Positions 43,370 to 57,638 of a stretch of 64,000 nt of DNA are shown here, in pieces (the stretch's first letter is position 1; every line of letters starts with the position of its first letter). The notes below the pieces were generated by a model, which did not search any database, was not told where the DNA came from, and saw only the letters and a list, made by a program, of their open reading frames with translations. A program made the translations under genes and the position numbers. The stretch comes from Eledone cirrhosa (lineage: Eukaryota). The DNA lies in assembly GCA_964016885.1 (NCBI GenBank), contig OZ024743.1, positions 266,848,001 through 266,912,000 of the forward strand, read 5' to 3'.

Positions 43370-44396
43370 ATGAAAAAGTTTGTCCTCATCAGTGCCATCC
43401 AACCGTCGTAGGCATTTCGTCGCATTAAAGGCCATATACCTCAGGTTGGTGCGAGCAACGGCTAAAAAAAGTCGTTGGGACACGGAAATAAAGGGGACGC
43501 TAGGGTAAATAAACAAAATGGTTTAAGCAGCAGAAAGTGATGAAGAAGGAAACAAGTCCCAGATTTCTATGAATATAAATTCGGTGGAATCGTGAACGAG
43601 AGAATAAAGACCATCAAACCTGGTTGAAATGTGAGCAAGGAAGGAATTTCGCACAGGTCTAACGGGAGGAAGAAGGGGTCTGGTCTGCGAATTCGGTAAA
43701 CATAAGTTCTGTGAAGTCGCAGACGAGAGAGAGAAAAAAATTTATACCGGCTTGGCTGCAGCTCCATTATTATCATATTTACACATATATGTTTTCCTCC
43801 GCTGCCACCAGTCTGTTTCGTTCTTTGTGTCTTTACCCTTTCTAGCAGTCTCTCTCTCTGTTAGCCTCTTCCTCACCTTTCACTCACTCACTCTCTGTCA
43901 CTACCTCTCCTCCCCCCTTTCTTCCCGTTTGACCTGTCCGTAATCCTTTTCTCGCGGGCACTTGGCCAAGCCGGTATGAATTTTTTTTCTCTCTCTCGTC
44001 TGCGACTTCACAGAACTTATGTTTACCGAATTCGCAGACCAGACCCCTTCTTCCTCCCGTTAGACCTGTGCGAAATTCCTTCCTTGCTCACATTTCAACC
44101 AGGTTTGATGGTCTTTATTCTCTCGTTCAAGATTCCACCGAATTTATATTCATAGAAATCTGGGACTTGTTTCCTTCTTCATCACTTTCTGCTGCTTAAA
44201 CCATTTTGTTTGTTTACCCTAGCGTCCCCTTTATTTACGTGTCCCAACGACTTTTTTTTAGCCGTTGCTCGCACCAACCTGAGGTATATGGCCTTTAATG
44301 CGACGAAATGCCTACGACGGTTGGATGGCCACTGATGAGGACAAACTTTTTCATATGTAACCCATTTGCAGCGCCGCAGCTCCATTATTATCATAT
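43370..44396. mobile_element. Non-coding element: inverted ~380-bp arm plus slightly more than one ~620-bp unit
   Basis: 43370-43755 is the near-perfect reverse complement of 43967-44356; gcagctccattattatcata is directly repeated at ~43757 and ~44377; TA-flanked; same family as 63101-64000. Confidence 0.88.
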
Positions 44397-44462
44397 ATAT
44401 ATATATATATTTATATAGTGACGACACATAAGTCAATTGCATGAACTCATAATCCTTTATTT

Positions 44463-44518
44463 ACTGCTATATATATTTCGATAATAGCCATTGAATGGCT
44501 ATGACCTCATCAGGCAGT
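44463..44518 (-). ncRNA. Type I hammerhead (canonical core)
   Basis: Minus strand actgc-CTGATGA-ggt-c-atagcca(ttcaa)tggctat-t-atc-GAAAT-atat-ATA-gcagt. Confidence 0.8.
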
Positions 44519-44529
44519 TAGTCAGTTCT

Positions 44530-44623
<94 letters not shown>

Positions 44624-44628
44624 AAAAT

Positions 44629-45787
44629 ATTGTTATACTTGAGGAGGGTCATATTGTTGTAATAATATTTAATATTGCCAGAAATATTAACAGAGCACAC
44701 TCACTGTTTGGTTAGTTTTCACTTCTGTATCTTTTATATCTCCACAGTTAATTCATTTGGTCCTCAATGTTTATTATTGACTGAGCAAGGGTCAAAAATA
44801 CAGATATAAATACATATATACAGTCTAACAAAGTTGTTTCGTTGCACATCTGCAACATCATCAATGGTACTATTACGTTCCTCCTGTTGTATTGTATGTC
44901 TACGCCATTTTTATTTTATCTGTTTATTTATGTTTCTCTTAAGTCAGTATTGTTTGTTTGTGTGTTGTTGTTATTCCATTCATTTTTTCTGTTTAGCTTT
45001 GGCTTTCTAAGCTCTATTTCGCTTGCCTCTCTGTTTTGCCTACCTGCTGGGTCATTTCTATGTTTAGATATTATTTTAATTTCTATGTTGTCTATGTTAC
45101 CGTCATTTTGTTGTCTGGCGTGTTCGTATAGTACCGAACCATTTTTTCGCCCTTTCAATTCCCCCCAGTGTTAGTCTATCCTTTCTACTATGCTTCGAGC
45201 TGTCTCGCCTATGTATGTTGTTCTCTTGTTTCTGCATATTATGCTATAGACTACATTTCTAGCTTTACAGTTTATCTGGGTGTTTACTTTACATATACCG
45301 CATTTCCTATTAGTACAGTGGGTTTTGTTAAAAGGGTATGTTTTGGTGATCAGGGATTTGATGATAGTTCCTGGCTTTTCTACCACTTTAATCTTTAAGT
45401 GGGTCTTTCTCAGGGCCTTTCTACATTGGTTAGTTAATTTCCCTCCAGGGGTAGCGTCCACGAACATGACACTCTGGTATCTCTGGTTGTTGTACCATGG
45501 GGTGACTTTCCTTATCTTATGTTTAATCCTATCTAAGCTATTCCATGATTTGCTCCTGTATAATAGGCAAATTCCTTTCATGTTCAATTCTATGAGGGTC
45601 TTATACTTTTCCGTGGCTCCTTTGTATACTCTGATTCTGTCTCTTTGGTTGTAGCCAGAGAACTGCAGGCGGTTGATGAAGTGTTGGATGTGTCTGTTCC
45701 ATTTCTGTTGCGTCGCACATGTGTGACACGTTCTTCATCATTCGTACCAAGTCTGCGATCATAACATTAAACTTATCACTGCTGGAC
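44629..45787 (-). mobile_element. Second, decayed copy of the 40427 PLE family
   Basis: ORF pieces YQSVMFVDATPGGKL..NVVYSI..TYIGETARS and KGRKNGSVLYEHARQQ nearly identical to the 542-aa ORF, with a stop and frameshifts. Confidence 0.95.
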
Positions 45788-45869
45788 ACACACGCACACG
45801 CATACACACACACACACACGCACACGCACATACACACACACTCACACACACACAGACATACGCACACAC

Positions 45870-45908
<39 letters not shown>

Positions 45909-46197
45909 CATATATATATATGTATATACATATGTGTATACATATATATACTTATACAATGGATTTATATGTATGTATGTATATATATATATATATACCT
46001 AGCTGTGTGTGGTTACACACTTTACAAATTATCCCCTGTGATTGTTTCATGTGTTTATTGTCAATATATATATATGTCAATCAATTTCTAGTTGATATAA
46101 TATGCTCGATTCTATTCATTGGAATATTTGAGCTTATTCTCCGGTGGATATGGCGCATGTCTCGGATATGACTCCCCTAATTTAATTTCATTTTGGA

Positions 46198-46229
<32 letters not shown>

Positions 46230-47558
46230 CATGCATACATGAATATCTTTATACATAGCTGCTTACATACGTGCAAATCTTCGTTAATATCGAGATATTT
46301 CTCATAATTTTACACTGTGAAGTAAGGAAAATCTAATACATCTTGAAATACTACGCAATGTCGAACTAAACTTGTCCAGATTACTTAAATTTAAGATCAC
46401 CTAAGAATAGGTTTCATATCTAAATAACAAAAGCAATATCGCCATGATAGAGCAGCTTCTTATTATCTTCCTTTTATCAATTTACTTCGCAATAAATGCA
46501 AATGAACATGTACAGACTCTCTTTCATTTGCACCATATGCTTTAGCCTTTTTGTCTCTGCCCCGTGTTAGTGCATCTCACCGATGACATCTAATAATACA
46601 GAAACAGATAAGTGGCATTCTCCCTTCGACTGATATTCCTGAGAAATCATCGCAGCTTTGAAAAATATTCAAAGTGAGACTCGCGTATGTATGTTTACAA
46701 AAACATTTCGTATATGCTTTTATAAAGTCAAAAGCAAGTATTTTTGTTCGTAGAATAAGTTCAAATTAGAGACGATCAGTATAGAGACAAGTTGGGATAT
46801 TATACCATTTTGGCCCCAGCCTCAAATTATTTTACTTTTATGCCATTCTGTCATTTCAATGACGTCATATACACTAAATGGATATATATATATATATATT
46901 TATGTGTTTACAAAACGGTGAGTGAAATTTGAAAAATGAATTAGGAGCTTTTTCACTGGTTATTTGACTACAGAAAATAGTCTAATACCAGGGCATGTAA
47001 CATCCCTGAACAGAAAACAATGAGTATTAGTACACCTGAGGGTCGAGACCGAACCAGTTGATTGTCGGATGAGTGTGCCACCATTTACACGAGCCTGACC
47101 ACCCATTTATTTCCAATATACATAGAAGTTGCAACATTTAAACATCCATTATTAGACTATTTTGCGTAGTATATAAATACGGCCAAGAATCTAAAATATT
47201 TAAATTTCAATCGCATTCTTTTGAACACACATGCTATTAATTTTTGTGTTCTAAATTTAACGAAACGAAATAGTGGACGAGCTAGTTTCAATCGTATCGC
47301 ACTTATCTGGCCCAAAAGAATTGTTAGTTCGACACCTATCTGTGCTGATGCGCATTTTCTCCATTCAAAAGTCTTATATGCCCTGTTATTTTATTATTTT
47401 CTATAGTTAACGTACATGGCACAAAGGCTTATAGTTCAATGTTGATGTATATATAAAAGAGGTAACTAGCCGTAACAACCGAGCTCGCGATCCATCCTCC
47501 GATTTATATATGTATCTATCTCTTTCCTGCTCTCTCTCTCTGTCTCTCTGTCTCTCTG

Positions 47559-47601
<43 letters not shown>

Positions 47602-49186
47602 AGGCGAGGCTGGGTGGTTACTAAAAACGAGTGTTAGAAAGTATAGGGACGTAAACAAAAGAAGAAAAGTTTCTCTTCGTCAGCTGTTTATTAGGGATCT
47701 TAGATGTTTCGGCGCTTGAAACAGAACATCGGTCCGAAGCGCGCCCTTGGCCGTTTATCCATCAAAAGGCCATGAGGGAGGGAACGAAAAAAGAAAAAAG
47801 GGAAGAAGAAAACAAGGAAAAAACGAAGTAAACATAGCGATAGAAGGGGAACACAGGACAACGACTCATGTATGTAAGTAACTGAAGAGAAAATAGATCA
47901 AGTTATACCGAGCCGATGGGTATAAGCAGGATCTTTCCGTGGCGGTCTCAGTAAAGTGAGTGTAGAGAGAGAGAAAGGCGAAGAATGTGTGTGTGTGTGT
48001 GTGTGTGTGTGTTGTTAATACTTCAAGAAAAACATACAAGGAGTGATTAGAAAGAAAATTATTTGATTATCATGTTTGACCTATATTTCGTTATTGAGTT
48101 ATGTCACTGTCTACGGTTTTGTTAGTAAATATTGGCAATTCCGATAATTTCCGCACTCCAATGGATGTTTTAACCTCCGAATTAATCATAAAATGCGTAA
48201 TTCCTGGATATTTTAATCGTGGTGATGATAAATAAGAGTGGCTATTATGCTGAGTAATCAGTGTCCAACAGTCTCTGGATATATATAAATGGTACCTGCC
48301 ATTGGTTTAGAAGTGACCATTTAAAACATTGATTTTTATGATGTTATTTACTGATGGAACAATTTAGCCATGTGTGAGAAAATCATCGACATACGTAGAT
48401 AAATATAAGCACTCACATACATATTAATGTATATACACATATATATTTTATCTAGGTGCATGTTGTACGCATGTGCTTGTAGATAAACGTACACTCACAT
48501 AAATACAGACACATATTATGAGATGAAGCGACACTGGGTACATTACTGGATAGATATTTAATATATATCTAGATATATGTAGATGTATACCACATAACTA
48601 TCTATCGGTCTATGTAACCGCCTGTCGCTCTAACTCCCTCCCAATCTATCTATATATATAATACACAAAGATGCATGGGTGTTCACACACACGCACGCGC
48701 GCGCACACACACACACACACATACACACACACGCATATATATATATATATGTTATGGATGTATGTATGTATAAATGTATGTATGCATGTATGTTTATGTT
48801 TGTTTGGCAATATTCTTCATGTGAAATTGTGTGTTAAATCAGATATTGTTATATTTGTATAAGTTCATTTTGCTCAAAATAAAAAAAGCACACGCATAAA
48901 TCGATTCTCACTTGAGATTTAATATTAATTATTACTTAGTTCATTAAATCGATTTCGTCACACATTTTGTTCTTAATGCGAAGTAAATGGGTTACACCAA
49001 AACGTAAAGTGGACACGTAGAGACGAACAACTATTCATTTGGGAGGTCAGAGAATGTGTAACGAAAGAGGTTTGTAGAACTAACCAACAACTAATAAGTC
49101 TAAAGTGAGAATAGAATTGTGCGTGTGTTATGATTAGCAATATGACCGTACTCAAATATAACATTTATAAATATAAATACACTTAA

Positions 49187-49287
<101 letters not shown>

Positions 49288-49291
49288 TATA

Positions 49292-50290
49292 TGAACCAGT
49301 AAGACCCCGACAGCTGAGCTCAAGCCGTTTCGACGGCTAATTCTGGACTAAATGAACATTTATCCTGGTATTTAAATAGCCGATCTTCTCAAGGGGTAAT
49401 TCCATATATGGTCAAAGTGATTGTCAAAAATCAGTAGTAATTCTGTGGTTGCAAATTAGTAGGGGAGATGGTGGCTAAACCTGCCAGTAGGAGAAAGAGG
49501 GGAGGGGGTGGAGTAGACCCAATCAAGCGTTGGTAGTGCCAGCTACAGCTGGGCATGAGGTCAAAGAAGATACAGGGGAGGGGGAGGGGGAGGAAGTCGG
49601 AACGGTAGGTAGAACAATGGGGGGTAAAAATAGGAAAGAAAAAATACTGAGAGTGAAGAAAAGCAAATAAGTGTAAAGAAAAAATTAAATTCTACGACCT
49701 AGGTGTCAGGCTATTGTTAGGCGAGAATAAAATAAAGAAAGAAAGAAAGAAGTAAATAAATAAATAAATAAATAAATAAGGAAATAAATAAAAGAACTAG
49801 GTGGGACGAATTAGGCAAGGACCCTTTTAAGAGGTATAAGTACGTAAATGATACGGTGACTGGTCAACAAAAGGGGCCAAAATACTAAAGAGACTACCAC
49901 GAAATAAACAATAAAGGTTTCCATCCCGGGCCAGCAACGACCCAGTGCAGCAAAGTGAACTTGTACGACATAATAATTCTGAGTCCCGGGAAAAATATAT
50001 ACTAATGCTAACTCTAAAAGATCTAAAACAAGCTACATGAAAGTTCGTACGAAATAAAGGTAGAATACGGAGAAATAAGTTCAGAATCCACCCCGCCCAG
50101 AAGAAAAGCGAAGCAAGAAATACTGAAACGAAAAAATAAGGCATAAGTGCCACTAAGAAATATAGAGGGCACAGAGAATAGTGGGAGCGGTCGGAAAAGG
50201 GGGGCAAGTATCCGGGGTCTAAGCCAACTGCTATAAAGGGCGGAGTCCGCCAAATCTATCAAAGACTAGGGGAGGGGGGAGTGGGGACAT
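49292..50290 (-). mobile_element. Non-coding TA-flanked element ending in an HHR (probable PLE 3' UTR or non-autonomous derivative)
   Basis: Bounded by microsatellites; HHR at its 3' end; terminal part repeated four more times in the window. Confidence 0.6.
49304..49397 (-). ncRNA. Full three-stem hammerhead, U3:A8 variant, with extended stem II
   Basis: Minus strand acccc-TTGAGAA-ga-t-cggcta...tagccg-tc-GAA-acggct(tgagctc)agctgt-C-ggggt; GUC cleavage triplet. Confidence 0.82.
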
Positions 50291-50304
50291 CTCTCTCTCT
50301 TTCC

Positions 50305-50338
<34 letters not shown>

Positions 50339-50384
50339 TATATAAAATTAACAAAGAAGCCTTTAATACATTAAAAATCTTTAT

Positions 50385-50429
50385 TTGCTGACAATGTTTC
50401 GTCCCATTAATTAGGATTCATCAGAGCAA
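50385..50429 (-). ncRNA. Minimal type I hammerhead (canonical core)
   Basis: Minus strand ttgct-CTGATGA-atccta(attaa)tgggac-GAAAC-att-GTC-agcaa, followed by AATAAA. Confidence 0.82.
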
Positions 50430-50763
50430 GGAAAAAGACAAGAAATATCATCGGCTAGAACAAGCCAAAATTCAGAAGAATAGCGAATAGATATTTAGGA
50501 AAATTTAGGAAAATTGTCCTGGAAAGACATGTTAAACCTAACAGGGTGCATTTGTAAATAAAAGCTATAGGGCAAGAGAGCAAGCAAACATTAAACAAAC
50601 CCACGTTAAAAATACAATATAAGTCTAATACTTGAAATACAACATAGTAATATAATGCGAGAAATAAGATATAAAAATTGTAATATAATAATAATATACA
50701 ATGCAATACAATACATAATACAGAAATAAAATTTAATATATATATATATCTACACGCACTCAG

Positions 50764-50808
<45 letters not shown>

Positions 50809-50814
50809 CATATA

Positions 50815-50904
<90 letters not shown>

Positions 50905-50999
50905 CACACACACATATATGTATATATACACAACTATATATATAAATACATGAGTGTATGTGGGTGTGTGTTTGTATGTCACCCTCTCTCTTTATCTCA

Positions 51000-51061
<62 letters not shown>

Positions 51062-51990
51062 ATAGTAATACGGACATATACGTTACAATATGAGTTATGT
51101 GAATGGTATCTATTTAAAATTTCACTGCAATGGAAACGATGGTGGTGGCTTGCGATCAATAGTGTCGTATAGGTGATTTGGCAGTCACGCTGGCTAAACG
51201 CAATCCACAGCAACTGTCTAAATCTGAATTGGTAGGGAAATATCAGGATAATGTTATATCTAGCTAGTGAAGCGTTCATACAATGTAGAGTAACATATTA
51301 TATCGCCTGTTATCTCACGTCCGAACCACACGCCTATTATTACATGCTTACGATATAGATTTGTAGACGCATAGGCGGAGAATTGCATTTAGACACAAAA
51401 ACAGTACCTCATATACCCATATAAGAACGTGCGTCTTTCAGTTTATGTACGTGTGTACGTGTGTTTGTGTGTGTAGAACAAATAAGTTGGTGGTCGGAAA
51501 GCCGTAATAATGGCGATAGAAATATAGAGATGATACTGGTATAAATGATGACGAAAGAAGATGAAATAATATTTGTTTCCAATACATTTAAAAATATTTC
51601 AACGTAAAAACCGCTTTTAATATGTCTGGTTTATGCATATTCACTGCCTCCGACAGACTGCACATACACAACGCATTAAATGCTCATGTGAAAAGATCGG
51701 CTTCTTTTACGCCATTTATCGCTCATCATTTGAAAGGAAGTCCTTTATCTGAAATAGTAGGAATTATATTTCATACAAACAATATTTTACCACACTACCA
51801 GCTTTATATGTCCATCCTAATTGTACCAAGGCTCCAAACAGTACACACACACACACACACACACATACAGACTATATATATATATATATGTGTGTGCGTG
51901 TATATATATATGTGAATATATATATATATATATTACATACACATATATATATATATATGTACATATATATATACATATATATATATATAT

Positions 51991-52082
<92 letters not shown>

Positions 52083-53057
52083 GTGTGTGTATGTCTGTGT
52101 GTGTGTGTGTGTGTGTGTATGTGTGTGTGTATGTGTGTGTGTGTGTGTGTGAATATATACTTCGTTTTTGTAGTTGTTCAAAATTTCGTATCTGAAAACA
52201 TGTGTTTCAAGAGATATTTATATACATTAAGAGGTCATACATTGGAAGGGTCATAAAAACCCACGCATTTGTATTTTTTATTTTATTTTGCGAATGGAAG
52301 ATTTGTTTTTTTATTTGCGAATTAAGGATTTGAGTTCTCAATCTAGTGCTGGTTAACTATGGTTGGGATGTTTGGTTGGGCAGTCTATTGTTAACTTAAT
52401 ACATTAGTGGATGTATGGAGAGACAATGTAGGAACAGGAATATGACTTACATAGTTGAGATGACCCGTAGCATAGGAGGCGAGTAGTCCAAGATGGGAAA
52501 AGCTCATCAGTACTCAACCAGCATGCCAGAATTGAACATGGGGCACACTAGAAAACATCGAGATAAAAATCATATTCATGCAAAGAACAGACTCCAGCCC
52601 ATTATTTCAAAAGCGATAAACATAAACGAACTATAACCAAAATTAAGCCGAAAACTTAAGTAGAATAGCAACAACATCACAACTAGTAAGTAAAGGACAA
52701 GATAAAAACGTACAGAAATACACAAAAGCTAAACTAATAAAACAAAAGAAACACAGATAGAACCAGCAACCAACTAGTAACAAGCACATAAACCAATAAA
52801 AACACACACATGCAAACCAGGATATAACGTATGCGTACTCCAAGTACACAGCACACAAAAACAAGAAGGTGTAGGCCAGAACAAAAAGAGACACATATTA
52901 ACAACAAAGGTAGACACTGAAGACGTCACAGTGTTTCATGAAAGAGTTTGACAATCAACAACTATACGACCATCCAAGTATTAAATTAACCGACTTGGTC
53001 GTTATAATAAATTGAAGTGAATATCAACCACGTGTTTTTAATGGCAGCATAACCCTC

Positions 53058-53099
<42 letters not shown>

Positions 53100-53104
<5 letters not shown>

Positions 53105-53487
53105 AAACAATCTGAGCGCCCCATTTTTTGAAGGCAAATATAATAAGAACTTTGTAACGCGAACTGGCGCGAAATTTATTATACTTATTCACTTGACAGT
53201 CATCAACCAACCTAATTACTTCTCTAAAAACCTAGCATTTCGTGCCACGTTTTTCCATATAAAACAGAAGTACCATTCAATTACCAACCTGATGTGAGAA
53301 AAACCACAAACCCTCCATCTCAATTCTACTTTTGAAAAGCACAAGAACTGCGAAACCGGTAAAGGAACCAAATGAATTTATTTAAAAAAAAAAGACTCCA
53401 GTTGCATTTTCGATTTCATCTTTTTTCCTCATACTTTCACTTGTGCAGGACACCTCGTTTTTTTTTCATTTTGTAAAAAAACCTCAC

Positions 53488-53495
<8 letters not shown>
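53100..53495 (+). repeat. Single-orientation, longer copy of the 9151-9512 module
   Basis: gatgtgagaaaaaccaca.accctccatctcaa..cttttgaaaagca.aagaactgcgaaaccggtaaaggaacc..cctcactttctaat. Confidence 0.85.
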
Positions 53496-53536
<41 letters not shown>

Positions 53537-53541
53537 TAATA

Positions 53542-53594
<53 letters not shown>

Positions 53595-53679
53595 TGACAC
53601 ATATTTTCATATCACCCACCACCACAGGTGTATATATATATATGCATAGAGGTTGCTATAAACGTTTCTTATATAGGCA

Positions 53680-53850
53680 CAAGGCCAGCAATTTTGGGGG
53701 AGGGGAAAGTAGATTAAATCGACCTCAGTGTGGATGAAAGGCAAAGTTAACCTCGGCGGGATTTGAACTCAGATCATAAAGGGCCGTAAATCTATGTTGC
53801 AAAGCATGGCGTCCGACCCTCTATCGATACTACCAATCCATCGCACTGAG
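53680..53850 (-). mobile_element. tRNA-type SINE (octopus-like)
   Basis: gatgaaaggcaaagttaacctcggcgggatttgaactc is the reverse complement of the 2325 SINE core. Confidence 0.75.
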
Positions 53851-54119
53851 AAGTTGCTATAATGGTATGTATTCTAGTTGTTCGATACTCGGAGTTATCT
53901 ATTAATTCTAATATTTTCTCTAATTAACTCAGCTATCCGCAATTTTATAATATACATAATACTATCTAAACCTAATTCTCAAAGGAAACCCGCATGATAG
54001 TCGTTTTGTGTCTAGGCTAAGCACTGAAACCCCAAGCAAAATGTTCTGACGAGAGTTTCCAGAGACATTTAACTATTCAATATAGTTTCCCCGAAGGATA
54101 TTGAGGGAGACGCGTTGAC

Positions 54120-55170
54120 AGAGACAGTCCAGTTGGCGAGGCTGGTAGCCAAGCCAATGCCGATGGTGGTGAGTAGCTAGGTAGTCCTAGTACCAGGGAC
54201 ACCAGGAATCCCCACTGCTACGGGCTCGACCACAAAACTGTCGGAGAGCGACCCATATTTGGAGAGTTTACTCTTCTCGGTCTGAAGTGCAGCAGAGCCT
54301 GGATTAGTAGAAGACGCCATCACTACTGGAGAAAAGTTCGCCGCATGTGGAAACACAGATGAGGTGTTTACCGCTGCGAAACGGGAAGATGGTCATGCCG
54401 TCTGGCCTTCTGCCGTCCTCTCGGCATAACCCCGCTGGCTTGAGCTGGGAGGTCAAGCCTGCAACATCCAAACCATACTTTATGATCGTTTTGAGAAATC
54501 ATAACGCATGGCGTGGAAGCTGGTCGGCACTAGAGCGCCAGAACAGTGGGTGGAGGCCGAAAGTGTCTACAATGGATCCGCAGCGACAAATTTGTGGATA
54601 GCAGATCCGGAAGCCGAGCCTCAGGGCAAACCAAATTCTCAGGCTATCGTTATCCAGTTGCTAGCTAATCGAAAAGGAGGGTATGTCATTGAGCTATGTC
54701 CTGCTGTGGGGTTGCGCAGCTGAGCGAAAACATGTGAGGTGGTGCTGATCGAGATTGCACTTTAGGCTGTCCCAGGCCATGCCGTAATGGATGGCATCCC
54801 ATATGCTCTGGGGCATTTGACGTCTACAGCGGGAGGATGGGGGGGGGGGGGGGCGAGGGCGGTCGTCTACAGCGCGGAGTCTGAGCCGGTTTCAAGTCCT
54901 GCAGGTAGCCTCGCATTCCTCGATTGAAGTGGGTACCGTTATGTTGGTGAGAATCTTGTTCATGAGGACATAGGAAGAGGTTACCGACGTAACATACACC
55001 GTCAAAGCTAGCAAGACTGGTGACAGGAGATGAAGCCCACCGTATCTAACGGGTAAGGTGACCTGTTGTGACGCAAATTCGTCAAACGTTGCATATCTCT
55101 TCAGCTGCCCCAAGTATACAAATGTAAGGGTGAGCAAGGAGAGATACGTGGCTATAGTAAGCAGCAACAC
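54120..55170 (-). mobile_element. CRE-like non-LTR retrotransposon fragment (post-RT, zinc knuckle and RLE endonuclease)
   Basis: QVTLPVRYGGL..P; RLGLRIC..ICRCG..VD.FGLH; PAGLCREDGRRPDGMTIFPFRSGK; frameshifted. Confidence 0.8.
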
Positions 55171-55338
55171 GAAACGGGAAACATAAACAATGACGATGCC
55201 AGGCTAGTTGTTGATGCAATTGCATAACTGCAATAAGGTAGTGTTACAGAAATACAGAAATGCGCATAATAAATTTAATTATGTAATTACACAGACGTGA
55301 CTTAACGTTTTTTCGTATATTTATACGCCCCCCCCCCC

Positions 55339-55426
<88 letters not shown>

Positions 55427-55655
55427 CTATATGTATAAACATACGTACATATATGCATACATACATAGAGTGTTATTTCATATTACAAAACGAAAACAAG
55501 ATAGAGAAAGGCTGAACACGGAATACAATTATGTGTACATTTGTCATTATAGATTTATGTGCATGCATGCGTAAATATATAAGTATACGGATATGTGAAC
55601 TTATACACACACACAGATGCACACACACACACACACACATACACACACACACATA

Positions 55656-55757
<102 letters not shown>

Positions 55758-56139
55758 CCACACACATATATATATTTATATATATATATATATATATGTA
55801 TGGGGATATGTGTGAATGTTTGTATAGCTTAGTGTATAGGTATGTGTGTGATATTGATAAATCTTTTTCGATATGTGTAAATATATTTATCATACACGCG
55901 GTTTATTGGATAGTCAGGGGAGATGATGGGAAGAAAAAATAATAGTCATACACAGTGATTAATCATTTGTTTGCTGCGGTGTCTGTTTGGAAATCGAGTG
56001 CTATATGTATGTAAGAATTGTAGGTATGTATGTATATGCATGTTTGTTTGTATGTATTCAAGTATGTATGTTAGTAAGTTTTTGTGTGTGTATGCGTTTA
56101 TGTATGTGTAAAATGCATTTATAAATGTATTCATACATA

Positions 56140-56410
<271 letters not shown>

Positions 56411-56540
56411 ATGTATATGTGTACATTTATAAATGCATCTATACATACATACATAAACACATACATGCATACATACCATACATACATCAATACATACGAA
56501 CACATATCCAATTCTTACATTCGTAGTGAGCATGCGTGTG

Positions 56541-56595
<55 letters not shown>

Positions 56596-56900
56596 TAGCA
56601 GTAAAGCCCGGCGTTGCTCGGGGTCGCTCAGTAGCTGTGTTAAAGTTAGAATGTTAAGTTTCTTTTTTGGCTTAAAAACTGTAGTGTCTACTGTGCAGAC
56701 TTGCATGTGGTGTTTTTGATTAATATTCCCTCAACCAACAATATGCCTTATGAAGTTAAGAAAACATATCGATAACCCGAATGTTATAACAAAAGAGGAT
56801 GCTGGGGATAAAAACTGCACTGGTTATTTATTAACAAAGATCGAAAATGTAAACACTGCAACGCAGAGAAAAACATTAGCGTAACCAAATTATCAGTTAT

Positions 56901-57191
56901 GTCTGTCTGCACGCCTATATCACCTCTCTGCACGACCGTCTGTCTGCACGCCTATATCACCTCTCTGCACGACTGTCTGTCTGCACGCCTATATCACCTC
57001 TCTGCACGACTGTCTGTCTGCACGCCTATATCACCTCTCTGCACGACTATCTGTCTGCACGCCTATATCACCTCTCTGCACGACTGTCTGTCTGCACACC
57101 TATATCACCTCTCTGCACGACTGTCTGTCTGCACGCCTATATCACCTCTCTGCACGACAGTCTGTCTGCACGACTGTCTGTCTGCACGCCT
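56901..57191. repeat. 37-bp minisatellite, about 7.5 units
   Basis: gtctgtctgcacgcctatatcacctctctgcacgact repeated head to tail. Confidence 0.95.
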
Positions 57192-57477
57192 AACGAAATT
57201 TACAGATACATATATTTTAAATAAACTTATATAATGTTTGCTTTTTTTTACGAAATATTTGCTTGTTTTACGTAGTCTTTAAATAGACTTGTTTTCAAGT
57301 AAAAATATTGTTTTAAAAGGCTTTTAAATGGAAATGAAGCAAAACGGAAGCTTAGTGTTCGAACTGATGAATTTTGCAGGTCAAAATTGTGCTGGCTCGA
57401 CAACTGTTCGTGTATTGTGTTAATGTCATTTTAAACGCTGAGAAAGCCAGCGTAATTTTTTTAATTTTTGCCAGCGT

Positions 57478-57638
57478 AATTTTTTTAATTTTTGCACGCA
57501 GAAAATGTAAACAGAACGTAAGACGCTACGCTGAATGTAAACAGAACAAAGGGAAATCATTTTTTTAATTTGTGCACGCAGAAAATGTAAAGAGAACGTA
57601 AGACTCTACGCTGAATGTAAACAGAACAAAGGGAAATA
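57478..57638. repeat. ~81-bp tandem duplication
   Basis: ttttttaattt.tgcacgcagaaaatgtaaa.agaacgtaagac.ctacgctgaatgtaaacagaacaaagggaaat occurs twice. Confidence 0.9.

Noticed and set aside
44300-44345. Type II hammerhead (GAAA before CTGATGA)
   Set aside because: Stems I, II and III cannot be closed by hand; kept only as an unresolved structured-RNA candidate
51120-51280. Minus-strand exon with HLYDTIDRKPPPSF
   Set aside because: In-frame stop immediately upstream and no usable acceptor
56901-57191. 37-bp repeat as a CRISPR array
   Set aside because: Head-to-tail units with no unique spacers, no cas genes, eukaryotic context
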